From Dehalococcoidia bacterium (lineage in GTDB: Bacteria > Chloroflexota > Dehalococcoidia > SM23-28-2 > RBG-16-64-32): a stretch of 64,000 nt of DNA. Position 1 is the first letter of the stretch; each line of letters starts with the position of its first letter. Below the pieces are notes generated by a model, which was not told the DNA's origin, made no database searches, and worked only from the letters and a program-made list of their open reading frames with translations. Positions 17,065 to 26,098 of this stretch are shown here, piece by piece. A program made the translations under genes and the position numbers. The DNA is taken from NCBI GenBank assembly GCA_035512435.1, contig DATKDX010000057.1:46829-110828 (forward strand), given 5' to 3'.

Positions 17065-19251
17065 TTGATGAGATCACTTGCCAGGTTCTGCTACGAAAAA
17101 CGCCGCCTTGTCGTACCCGGCTGGATTGGGATCATCGTGGGACTGTTCGTCCTGTCGACTGCTTTCGGTGGCGAGTTCAACACAGAATTCAGCCTGCCGG
17201 GCTCCGAAAGCCAGGAAGCGATCGACCTGCTCGAAGAAAGCGGTGCCGACACCCGCGCCGGATTCCAGGGCCAGGTGGTCTTTGAAGCAGAGCAAGGAGT
17301 CGACGATCCGGAAGTCCGGCAGGCAATCGGATCGTTCCTGGCCGATATCGACGCATCGATCGAGGGTCTGGAGATCGAAAGCCCTTACACAGAAGGTAAC
17401 GAATACCTCGTCGCCGACGGCGGTGACATCGCCTACGCAGAACTGAATTTCTCCAGCAAGGACACTGACGGGGGCGACCGCGACTTTGAGGAGTACATCG
17501 ATGCCGGCGACGTCATCAAGAACCTGCGCGAAGAGGTCAGCGTAGAGGGTTTGCGCATCGAGTTGGGCGGCGACGTCTTTGCCGAGGAGCCGGCATTCTC
17601 CAGCGAAGCCATCGGTTTGGCCGCCGCGGTAATCATCCTGCTGATCGCCTTTGGGTCCATCATCGCCATGGGGCTGCCCATTTTCACTGCGCTGTTCGGC
17701 ATCGGCTGTGGCGTGGCCATTATCGGCTTGCTGACGCGAATAATGGCCGTTCCTGAGTTCACGACGCAGATCGCCGCCATGATCGGCATCGGGGTCGGCA
17801 TTGACTACGCGCTGCTGATCGTCTCCCGCTATCGCGACGCCCTACGCGACGGTCTGGAGCCCGAGGAGTCCGTCGTCCTGAGCATCGACACGTCCGGTCG
17901 TGCCGTCCTCTTTGCCGGGCTCACGGTGGTCATAGCGCTCCTCGGCATGTTCATGATGAACCTTGACTTCGTCCGCGCGATCAGCATTAGCGCCATCCTT
18001 GCCGTTCTCATGACAATGAGCGCATCGCTGACGCTTCTGCCGGCGCTCCTTGGTTTCGTTGGGCGCAACATCGACCGATTTGGCCTGCCGCACCGTAAGG
18101 AGCAGCCGGGCGAGATTCATCGCACGATCTGGTGGCGCTGGAGCCGGGTGATCCAGGCCCACCCCTGGCCGGCTCTCATCATTAGCACGGGCCTGCTCAT
18201 CGTCATCGCGCTGCCCATCTTCTCGCTGCGCCTCGGCTTTGGCGACGCCGGCAACCGTCCGGATGGGGACACCAGCCGGCAGGCTTACGACCTTCTCTCG
18301 GAAGGCTTCGGGCCCGGCTTTAATTCGCCGATCCTCGTCGTCGTTGACGGTGATAACGGCCCGCCAACCGAGGGGGAAATCCAGACGCTGGTGAGCGAGC
18401 TTGAAGGCACCGAAGGCGTCGCCTCCGTGAGCGGCCCGTTCGGGGCCGGAGATAGCGATCTTGCCCTGCTCAGCGTTTTCCCGACAACGGCGCCCCAGGA
18501 CGCAGAGACGACAGACCTGGTACATCGCCTGCGCGACCAGACTGACGCGCTGGTCAAGTCTCAGGGCTCTTACAACATCCTTGCCACCGGCGGCCCCGCC
18601 GGCGTCGTCGACTTCGCCGACTATGTTGGGGAGCGCCTGCCGTTCTTCATCGGGGCGGTGCTTGCGTTGTCGTTCCTGCTGCTGCTCGTCGTCTTCCACA
18701 GCGTTGTCGTGCCGATCAAGGCAGTGCTGATGAACCTGCTTTCGATCGGCGCGGCGTTCGGCGCGATGGTTGCCGTCTTCCAGTGGGGCTGGTTCGACTT
18801 TCTCATCGGCCAGGGCAAGGAGGGACCGATCGAGGCCTGGGCGCCGATGATGCTGTTCGCCATCGTCTTCGGCCTTTCGATGGACTACGAGGTCTTCCTC
18901 TTGACCCGCGTCCGTGAAGAGTACGACCGCACCGGAGATAACGCCCGCGCAGTCGCCGATGGCCTGGCGGCGACGGGCCGGGTGATCTCGGCCGCGGCGG
19001 CGATCATGGTCTGCGTCTTCGGCGCCTTCGTCCTCGGCGAACAGCGCGACATCAAGCTTTTCGGCTTCGGGCTGGCGTTCGCCGTCTTCATTGATGCGAC
19101 GATTGTGCGGCTCGTGCTGGTGCCCTCGGCGATGGAGCTAATGGGCACAGCGAACTGGTGGGCGCCCGAGTGGCTCGTCCGCTACCTGCCCACGATACGC
19201 GTGGATAACGTGGAGCCCGCGCCGGAACCGGTCGCAGGCGGCGGCGGTTAG
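17065..19251 (+). CDS. MMPL family RND-type transporter
   Basis: 728 aa, two 6-TM bundles with large periplasmic loops, MMPL-type sequence (GLPIFTALFGIG..., second repeat VVFHSVVVPIKAVLMNLLSIGAAFG). Confidence 0.85.
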   Translation: MMRSLARFCYEKRRLVVPGWIGIIVGLFVLSTAFGGEFNTEFSLPGSESQEAIDLLEESGADTRAGFQGQVVFEAEQGVDDPEVRQAIGSFLADIDASIEGLEIESPYTEGNEYLVADGGDIAYAELNFSSKDTDGGDRDFEEYIDAGDVIKNLREEVSVEGLRIELGGDVFAEEPAFSSEAIGLAAAVIILLIAFGSIIAMGLPIFTALFGIGCGVAIIGLLTRIMAVPEFTTQIAAMIGIGVGIDYALLIVSRYRDALRDGLEPEESVVLSIDTSGRAVLFAGLTVVIALLGMFMMNLDFVRAISISAILAVLMTMSASLTLLPALLGFVGRNIDRFGLPHRKEQPGEIHRTIWWRWSRVIQAHPWPALIISTGLLIVIALPIFSLRLGFGDAGNRPDGDTSRQAYDLLSEGFGPGFNSPILVVVDGDNGPPTEGEIQTLVSELEGTEGVASVSGPFGAGDSDLALLSVFPTTAPQDAETTDLVHRLRDQTDALVKSQGSYNILATGGPAGVVDFADYVGERLPFFIGAVLALSFLLLLVVFHSVVVPIKAVLMNLLSIGAAFGAMVAVFQWGWFDFLIGQGKEGPIEAWAPMMLFAIVFGLSMDYEVFLLTRVREEYDRTGDNARAVADGLAATGRVISAAAAIMVCVFGAFVLGEQRDIKLFGFGLAFAVFIDATIVRLVLVPSAMELMGTANWWAPEWLVRYLPTIRVDNVEPAPEPVAGGGG

Positions 19252-19330
19252 ATAAGACAACGGGGGCGCCCCTCTCGGGCGCCCTTCTTTGTCTCTATGC
19301 ACTGGTCAGTGGTGCTATCCTGAACACGTT

Positions 19331-19618
19331 ATGGCTGACGACCTCGTCCTCCTCGGCACAGCGGGTCACCTCGAGGCCCGAATCTGGCGCGACGCACTCG
19401 CCCAGGAGGGCATCCCGGTGCTGATGCGCCCGGCCGATCCGTTGGGGCCGGCCGGCTACGCCCCAGCAATGGGCGATGTCCGGGTATACGTCCGCAGCGA
19501 GCACGAGCGGCGCGCCCGCTGGGTAATGGGCGACGGCATCGAGCCGGCGATTACCGTGCCGGGCGAGGAACCGGAAGCCGAGGTCGCCGAAGAAGAGCGG
19601 GCGAAGGCGGGGGACTAG
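19331..19618 (+). CDS. DUF2007-like small protein (putative signal-transducing protein fold)
   Basis: MADDLVLLGTAGHLEARIWRDALAQEGIPVLMR... pattern; stop overlaps next gene start. Confidence 0.5.
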   Translation: MADDLVLLGTAGHLEARIWRDALAQEGIPVLMRPADPLGPAGYAPAMGDVRVYVRSEHERRARWVMGDGIEPAITVPGEEPEAEVAEEERAKAGD

Positions 19619-20283
19619 TGGAACTGCCGCTCTTCCCGCTGAACACTGTCCTCTTCCCGGGTAACACGATCCCACTGCACATCTTTGAGGACCGCTACAA
19701 GCTGATGATCGGCGAGTGCATCGCTGCACGCCGCCCCTTCGGCGTCGTCCTCATCCGACGGGGGCAGGAAGCGGGCTCGCCAGTTGCAGAGCCTTTCGAG
19801 GTAGGAACGACTGCGCGCGTCGTCGATGCCGAGACCCTGGACGACGGCAAGTTGAACATCACTTGCCTGGGCCTGCAGCGCTTCCGCGTCCTCGGCATCC
19901 GCCGGCGTGAGCCATACCTCGTAGGCGACATTGAGATGCTGGAGGGCGAGCCGCTGAGCAAGGAAGATGCGGACCGCGAGATCGCGGAACTGGACGCGCA
20001 AGCGCGCAACCTGTTCGCTGAGTACGTGCGCCTGAACCTGACATTGACGCACCAGTGGGCCCGCATCATCGAGATGCCCGACGATTCTGGCGCTCTGGCC
20101 GATTTCATCGGGCACCGGCTGGCGGTCGATCTCCAGGCCAAGCAGCGCTTGCTGGAAGAAGCCTCGCCGCGCCACCGCCTCAAGACCGAGGTCAGCATCC
20201 TGGCGGAAAGCATCCGTTTGCTGGAGCCGCGGGTGCGCGCCGCCCGCTCGACCCGCTGGGCCGGCCTCGGCGCGATGAACTAG
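19618..20283 (+). CDS. LON N-terminal (substrate-binding) domain protein
   Basis: PLFPLNTVLFPGNTIPLHIFEDRYKLMIGECIAARRPFGVVLI is the canonical Lon N-domain start. Confidence 0.75.
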   Translation: MELPLFPLNTVLFPGNTIPLHIFEDRYKLMIGECIAARRPFGVVLIRRGQEAGSPVAEPFEVGTTARVVDAETLDDGKLNITCLGLQRFRVLGIRRREPYLVGDIEMLEGEPLSKEDADREIAELDAQARNLFAEYVRLNLTLTHQWARIIEMPDDSGALADFIGHRLAVDLQAKQRLLEEASPRHRLKTEVSILAESIRLLEPRVRAARSTRWAGLGAMN

Positions 20284-20489
20284 GTTAGTTCCCGAAGTCC
20301 AGAGCGACGTTATCCGGCGGCGGCGTCGGCTGAGGCGCGTGGCTGATCTGGACCGTCGGCAGCGGGGCGCGACGGCTCCGCTACTGGAACGTGGCTACGG
20401 TTCGCTTGCCATGAGGCTCTCGAATGGGCGAGCGGCCCAACGACCACGCGACATTGCCAGATCGCCAAACGCACGGATGTCGGGAACGC

Positions 20490-21797
20490 TTACTTCGCGC
20501 CGTCGAGGGCGGCCTGGGTGTAGGGAAGCAGCGTCTTCTGGACGTCGACCTTAGAGTCGAGGTGTTTGCCGAGGCCGCTAAGCAAGCCTGTCACGCGCAT
20601 GATCAGCAGCAGCTCCCGCGGGATGTCGGTGATGGGATTCGCGCGCACGGCCTGGGCAAAACGCTCATTGGCCTCGGCGACTAGGTCGGCGTCGGCGTAG
20701 CCCTCGCCGGGCTTCGATGTCTCCATGAAGGAGCGGCCCATCTCGACGTAGATGCGCGGGTCGTCGGGGTTCTTGACCTTGATCCCCATCTCTTTGTAGG
20801 CCTCGACGAGCGCGGGCAGGTCCCAGCGCAGCATAGCGTTCGTCATGCGGGCGTAGCGTAGGCGGAAGGTGTCGTCGTACTGGCGGCAGAGGCCGAAGTC
20901 CAGCATGACGATCGTCGGGCCCGGCTGTACCAGCAGATTGCCGGGGTGCGGGTCGGCGTGGAACATACCGTGCAGGAAAAGCTGCTCGCAGTAAAGGTCG
21001 GTGACCAGCTGGGCGACCGCCTGCGTGTCGATGCCGGCGTCCCTCAGAGCCCCGACATCGGTTATCTTGATGCCCTCCATGAACTCCATGGTCAGCACGC
21101 GGCGGCTGGTGTACTCCCAGTAGATCTTCGGAACGACGATGGCCGGCCGGCCCTCAAAGTTGCGAGCGATCATCTCGGCGTTGTGGCCTTCATTAACGAA
21201 GTCGAGCTCCAGCGGTGCGTTGTGCGAAAGCTCCTCGATGATCGGCGCGAAGTCGAGATTGCGCTCAAAGCGGGCGAGGATGCGGAGCAGAAGGCGGATG
21301 TTTCGCAGGTCCGCTTCGACTGTCTCCTGGATGCCGGGGTACTGCACCTTGACGGCCACGACGCGTCCGCCTTTGAGGCGCGCCCGGTGTACCTGGGCGA
21401 GCGATGCGGAGGCGATCGGCGTTTCCTCGAAGTCGTCGAAGATGTCGTCGATAGGGCGCTCCAGCTCACCTTCGACGACGGCGCGGATCGTCGGGAACTC
21501 ACGCGGGGGCACCGCGTCCTGCAGGCGGCTGAGGACGTGGATGTACTCGTCCGGGATCAGGTCGGGGCGGGAGCCGATGATCTGGCCCAGCTTGATCAGC
21601 AGCCCCTGTCGGCGCACGGCGGTGCGGTAAAACGCTTTGGCGCTGCGCTCATGGTGGCGCGAGCGCTTCCGCTGCGCTTTCGGTTTCTCGAGCCCGAAGC
21701 GCTTCTCCCGGACGCTGATCCACTTGTAGCCGGCATAGACACGGGCAGCGAGCACGCCGACGTCCACAGTGCGGCCGAGGCGCTGGGTTAGGGCCAT
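20490..21797 (-). CDS. ABC1/UbiB family atypical kinase
   Basis: ABC1 motifs (LIKLGQIIGSRPDLIPDEY, AAASLAQVHRARL, HADPHPGN); start taken at MALTQRLGR rather than upstream pyrimidine-repeat-encoded extension. Confidence 0.8.
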   Translation of the reverse strand: MALTQRLGRTVDVGVLAARVYAGYKWISVREKRFGLEKPKAQRKRSRHHERSAKAFYRTAVRRQGLLIKLGQIIGSRPDLIPDEYIHVLSRLQDAVPPREFPTIRAVVEGELERPIDDIFDDFEETPIASASLAQVHRARLKGGRVVAVKVQYPGIQETVEADLRNIRLLLRILARFERNLDFAPIIEELSHNAPLELDFVNEGHNAEMIARNFEGRPAIVVPKIYWEYTSRRVLTMEFMEGIKITDVGALRDAGIDTQAVAQLVTDLYCEQLFLHGMFHADPHPGNLLVQPGPTIVMLDFGLCRQYDDTFRLRYARMTNAMLRWDLPALVEAYKEMGIKVKNPDDPRIYVEMGRSFMETSKPGEGYADADLVAEANERFAQAVRANPITDIPRELLLIMRVTGLLSGLGKHLDSKVDVQKTLLPYTQAALDGAK

Positions 21798-22012
21798 GTC
21801 TTCATTATGAAGCAGTGGACACGGGGATGGGGACAAGGGACAGGAGACAGGAGACATGCGACAAGGACTGGGACCCGGGTGGGGAGAAGTGGAAAGACGA
21901 GGTTTCCGTTCGCAGCGTTACGTTTGTCATTGACACCCGTTTTCACCTGTGCGTTCACTTGCATACTCATGCACCACGCTCCCAGGAACCGAGAAGCGTT
22001 ACGTCTAGTAGC

Positions 22013-22168
22013 CCGATAATCGGTCTATACGTCGAGCAGGGCGACTGGGTGGAGCGCGGTCAGGCACTCGGCGGCGTCGGCTGCACCGACGCGCCGACGG
22101 GCACACACCTGCACTTCGAGGCGAGATGGCATTCCCGTCGACCCTCTCCTCTACGTCAACTAATGTTG
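22013..22168 (+). pseudogene. C-terminal remnant of M23 family metallopeptidase
   Basis: IIGLYVEQGDWVERGQALGGVGCTDAPTGTHLHFEARW matches M23 C-terminal LAS region; no N-terminal catalytic part in any frame upstream. Confidence 0.4.
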
Positions 22169-22291
22169 TAAGGCCGGGCCGTATCTCTTCGGGCCGACGA
22201 GCGTGTTACTGTACGTACAACCAGGGTTTAACCGCCCAGCAAACGACCGGGAGTTGACCCGGAAGCTCCTGGCAGGCGAAACTGTTGTGAC

Positions 22292-23557
22292 GTGCTCCAT
22301 ATGACAAATCGACGCACCCAGCTCGTCTCCGCTATAGCCATCTCGCTCATCGCCGCCGCCGTTCTGTTCGGCGTTTCAGGTAGCGACGACGCTTCCGCCG
22401 CCGACGCCGAGACGGCGAAGCTCATCTCGTACTTCAACTCCTATCGCGCATCGCAGGGCGTCGGCGCACTGACCACCAGCGCCACGCTTAACCAGCAAAC
22501 CCAGCAGGCGGCCAACGACAGCGTGAACGCGATTCCCTGCCGCTTCCTTCTACCCAGCGGCTCCGGCAAGAAGTGGGGCGCCTACGGTTACATCACGGCG
22601 GAGCAGCTCTGGGCGGCCTACCAGAACGACCCCATCACACTCCCGTGGATCGCCGATCCCAAGTACAAGTCAGTTGGCGTCGGCCGCGCCTACAAGGAAG
22701 GCTGCAACTACGGCTACATGTGGATCATCTGGCTCAGCACCGAGGGCTCCTCAAGCACGCCTGCGCCGACTTCGGCGGCCTCGCCAACGCCGCCGCCTAA
22801 CCCCACGTCGACGCCTGTCACGACTCCCACTGCGCTGCCGACCCAAACGCCGGCACCTACGACGCCCGCGCCCACAGCCACCCCCTTCCTGCAGATGCAG
22901 GGCGACGTCAACTGTGACGGCGCCGTCACCCTGACGGATGCGATGGATGTAATGAAGTACCTCGGCGACGCTGACTCCAACGTCGCTTGCGCCGGCCCGA
23001 CCGGCGTCGACTGCGTCGCCGGCATCGATGAGAACGACGCGCTGGCCCTCATGCGCTTCCTCGGCGGCATTCCGTTCGAATATCCGGACGGCTGCCCGCA
23101 TATCGGACTGCCCGTGCCTACACCAACGCCGGCGCCGACGCCGACCCCGGCGGACGGCGAAACAGCGACCCCCACGCCCACCGCCGGCGCCAGCGACCAC
23201 TGCTGGATCGCCATCCTCGCCTACGACATGACGTACCCCTGGGAACTAAACGGCGATCATAACTGCGGACCTGCCGAGGGCGCTGCTTACACGTGCGCCT
23301 TCCCGCTATCGTCGAACCAGGTCGATTGCTTGGCCCATGTTGACGGCCCGTATGACTACGATTGCCACGTCTTTCCGAGCCTGACCGTACCCTGTCTCGC
23401 GCTGGATGGCCCGGACGCCGCCGACTTCGTCTGCGAGCGCACTACGCCGATCGTCTGCACTAGCGAAGGGGGCCCGACATACGAGTGCGACGTCGCCGAC
23501 CATGTCGTTACCTGCCACGGCCCGGCAACCGTCGTCTGGCCGCAACCCGCTTCCTAA
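22292..23557 (+). CDS. secreted multi-domain protein: signal peptide, CAP/SCP-like domain, Pro/Thr linker, dockerin-like repeat pair, Cys-rich C-terminal domain
   Basis: N-terminal hydrophobic signal; YFNSYRASQGVGAL... CAP-like; GDVNCDGAVTLTDAMDVMKYL and VDCVAGIDENDALALMRFL dockerin-type Ca-binding repeats; 14 Cys in last 120 aa. Confidence 0.6.
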   Translation: MLHMTNRRTQLVSAIAISLIAAAVLFGVSGSDDASAADAETAKLISYFNSYRASQGVGALTTSATLNQQTQQAANDSVNAIPCRFLLPSGSGKKWGAYGYITAEQLWAAYQNDPITLPWIADPKYKSVGVGRAYKEGCNYGYMWIIWLSTEGSSSTPAPTSAASPTPPPNPTSTPVTTPTALPTQTPAPTTPAPTATPFLQMQGDVNCDGAVTLTDAMDVMKYLGDADSNVACAGPTGVDCVAGIDENDALALMRFLGGIPFEYPDGCPHIGLPVPTPTPAPTPTPADGETATPTPTAGASDHCWIAILAYDMTYPWELNGDHNCGPAEGAAYTCAFPLSSNQVDCLAHVDGPYDYDCHVFPSLTVPCLALDGPDAADFVCERTTPIVCTSEGGPTYECDVADHVVTCHGPATVVWPQPAS

Positions 23558-23600
23558 CCGACGAATCGGTAGGCAGCGTCGGTCGCTGGCAGCCTGTCCG

Positions 23601-23918
23601 CTAGTCGCCGAACTCGTCAGGCTCCCCGTCTTCGTCCTCGAAGTCCTCGTCTGAATACGTGGCGTGCTCCCGCCCGTTCCAGACCGTGACCAGGAAATCT
23701 TCGCGGAACGGGTCGTTGGTCAGCACGAAGCGCTCATCGATCTCGCTAATCAACGAGCGGATCTCGTCCTCCGTAATGCTTTCCAGCACACAGAGCGTCC
23801 CGTAGGTGATTGCCGGTGTGTAGTGCAGCTCGACGCGGCCGATCTCCTCGTCATCCTGGTCGATGACGTAGCTTTCGGACGTCGCGGTGCGGCATTCGCG
23901 GTCGAATTGGAAAGCCAT
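23601..23918 (-). CDS. hypothetical acidic protein
   Basis: 105-aa ORF, acidic C-tail, no family recognised. Confidence 0.4.
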   Translation of the reverse strand: MAFQFDRECRTATSESYVIDQDDEEIGRVELHYTPAITYGTLCVLESITEDEIRSLISEIDERFVLTNDPFREDFLVTVWNGREHATYSDEDFEDEDGEPDEFGD

Positions 23919-23981
23919 GCGTGTTTCCCTCCAGGCATGCGCCGACGCGGCTCATGTCGTGTCTCGTGTCCATGGTTCTCG

Positions 23982-25268
23982 CTAGGGCCTTGTCTGGCCG
24001 TTGCCGAAGACGATCCACTTGTAGGTCGTGATCTCGCGCAGACCGACAGGCCCGCGGGCGATCGTCTTCTGGGTTGAGTCGATGATCTCGGCACCCAGGC
24101 CGAACTGCGCACCGTCTGTGAATTGTGTGCTGGCGTTCACGTAGACCACCGCCGAGTCCACCTCGTCCAGGAAGCGCATCGCCGCCCCGTAGTCCTCCGT
24201 GATGATGGCGTCGGAGTGGCCAGTGCTGTGCTGGTAGTGGTGCTCGATGGCGTCGTCGAGGGAATCGACGATGCGGACGGAGCAGGTGAGCGCAAGGAAT
24301 TCGGTGTCGAAGTCTTCGGGGCCAGCGGGGACGACGGTCACGCCGGGGAAGTCCTGGCCGCCGATGATCGCCATCGCACGCTCGTCGCAGCGCATTTCGA
24401 CGCCGCCCTTCTCGCCGAACTTGCGGGCCATCGCTGGCAGGAAGTCGGAGGCGACGTCGGCGTGGACGACGATGGTGTCGAGGGCGTTGCAGATGCTGAC
24501 CTTGCGGGTCTTGGCGTTGAACACGACGTTGATCGCCTTCTGCAGGTCGGCGGCGCGGTCAACGTAGGTGGGGCAGACGCCGATGCCACCGACGAGGACG
24601 GGCATTTTGGCGTTTTCGCGGACGAAGTTGATCAGCTCACGCCCGCCGCGCGGTACGACGAGATCGATGACGTCCGACATCCTGAGCAGGTCGGCCACCA
24701 GCTCGCGTTCCGTGTTCTCGATTACCTGTACGGCTCCGCCGGGCGCCCCGGCAGATGTTATGGCCTCCCGAAGGATGTGTGCGATCACCTTGTTCGAATT
24801 GATCGTCTCCTTGCCGCCGCGCAGGATGCAGGCGTTGCCGGACTTCAGGCACAGCGAGGCGATATCCACTGTGACGTTTGGTCGCGCCTCGTAAATCGCC
24901 GCGATCACGCCGAGCGGCACGCGTTTGCGCCCGACCTGCAGTCCGTTGGGCAGCTGCCGCATGTCGATCATCTCACCAACGGGGTCCGGCAGGAGCGCCA
25001 CCGCCCTCGCATCGTTCCCGATGTTCGCGATGCGCTCTTCGGTCAGAGTCAGCCGGTCGATCACAGCATCGGTGATCCCCGCCGCCTTCGCGCCTTCCAC
25101 GTCGATCTCATTCGCTCGCAAAATCTCGTCCGTTCGCTCCACCAGCGCATCGGCGATGGCATGCAACGCATTGTTCTTGACATCGGTGGACGTGCGCGCC
25201 AGCTGACGGGCCGCTCGCTTGGCGGCGTCGCCCTTCGTTTGTAGTTCGTTAGCGGTGGTAGTCATCAT
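23982..25268 (-). CDS. proA: glutamate-5-semialdehyde dehydrogenase (gamma-glutamyl phosphate reductase)
   Basis: 428 aa ALDH-fold with ProA-specific motifs; proB nearby. Confidence 0.9.
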   Translation of the reverse strand: MMTTTANELQTKGDAAKRAARQLARTSTDVKNNALHAIADALVERTDEILRANEIDVEGAKAAGITDAVIDRLTLTEERIANIGNDARAVALLPDPVGEMIDMRQLPNGLQVGRKRVPLGVIAAIYEARPNVTVDIASLCLKSGNACILRGGKETINSNKVIAHILREAITSAGAPGGAVQVIENTERELVADLLRMSDVIDLVVPRGGRELINFVRENAKMPVLVGGIGVCPTYVDRAADLQKAINVVFNAKTRKVSICNALDTIVVHADVASDFLPAMARKFGEKGGVEMRCDERAMAIIGGQDFPGVTVVPAGPEDFDTEFLALTCSVRIVDSLDDAIEHHYQHSTGHSDAIITEDYGAAMRFLDEVDSAVVYVNASTQFTDGAQFGLGAEIIDSTQKTIARGPVGLREITTYKWIVFGNGQTRP

Positions 25269-25406
25269 TTGGCTCCGTCATGTGACAAGATTGTACATGG
25301 AATCCGCCCTGCCTACCGCACGACGCAAAGAAGCGGCCTGCCTTCGCAGGCCGCTTCGGTTCATGAGCCAGGTTGCGCCAACCAGCAGCGTGGAGCGCGG
25401 CTAAGA

Positions 25407-25502
25407 CTAGCCGTGCCGCCGCTGCCAGCGGGTCTTCTTCAGCATCTTGCGGTGCTTGTGCTTGCCTATTTTCTTGCGCCGCTTCTTGATGACGGAACCC
25501 AT
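25407..25502 (-). CDS. small ribosomal subunit protein bS22 (AURKAIP1/COX24-like 31-aa basic peptide)
   Basis: hand translation of minus strand: MGSVIKKRRKKIGKHKHRKMLKKTRWQRRHG, near-identical in pattern to mycobacterial bS22 (MGSVIKKRRKRM..KKHRKLL..TR.QRR); below ORF-track length cutoff. Confidence 0.75.
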   Translation of the reverse strand: MGSVIKKRRKKIGKHKHRKMLKKTRWQRRHG

Positions 25503-25680
25503 CTATCCTCCAAAGTCTTGGCTTGAGACGCGGACACGCGGTGGGAGTGATTCGGGATGAATCGTGGACCCTGGGCGGAATCCTGTCTCGATGTCACGCG
25601 GGAACCGCAGTTCCAGCCGCTCTCTCTATCCTACACAGGTTTGGGGGGCAATTCCAGCGCAGTTATATTCGGGTAGTGGG

Positions 25681-25998
25681 TCAGTTTGAAGGAGACGCCG
25701 ATTTGTTCAGTAGGGCCGCTGCTCGCCTAGCCTCGTTCTTATCGGCAGTCCTCAGAGCAACTTTGGCCATGTATCCGGCGTGGTTCAGGCCGACAACCGC
25801 ATACATGACCGGCTCCGCTTTCGGGGCTGGTCGCCCAGCGATCTTGCGCGGAACGCTGTAGTCTTTCCGTACCACCCACTTGTGTGGAGCGATACGTTCC
25901 TGATGCATCGAGCGAAAGTCCTGCCGCTCGACGTGGGGGCTGACAAACTGCGCGAGATTGGCCTCGGCTTTACTACGTTTCACGCTAGTAGTATACAA
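25681..25998 (-). CDS. hypothetical protein
   Basis: 105-aa ORF, basic, no family recognised. Confidence 0.35.
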   Translation of the reverse strand: MYTTSVKRSKAEANLAQFVSPHVERQDFRSMHQERIAPHKWVVRKDYSVPRKIAGRPAPKAEPVMYAVVGLNHAGYMAKVALRTADKNEARRAAALLNKSASPSN

Positions 25999-26098
25999 TC
26001 GGGTCTCGAAGAAATTGTAATGCTCCTTGACGATTCAAACTGACCCACTACCTATGTTCGAGGACCGTCGTTCGGCCCCAACACCGCTAACCTAACGG

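Noticed and set aside
21797-21857. N-terminal MSPVSCPLSPSPCPLLHNED extension of the UbiB ORF
   Set aside because: It is encoded by the skewed heptamer repeat tract, is not conserved in ABC1 kinases, and the homologous start is at MALTQRLGR.
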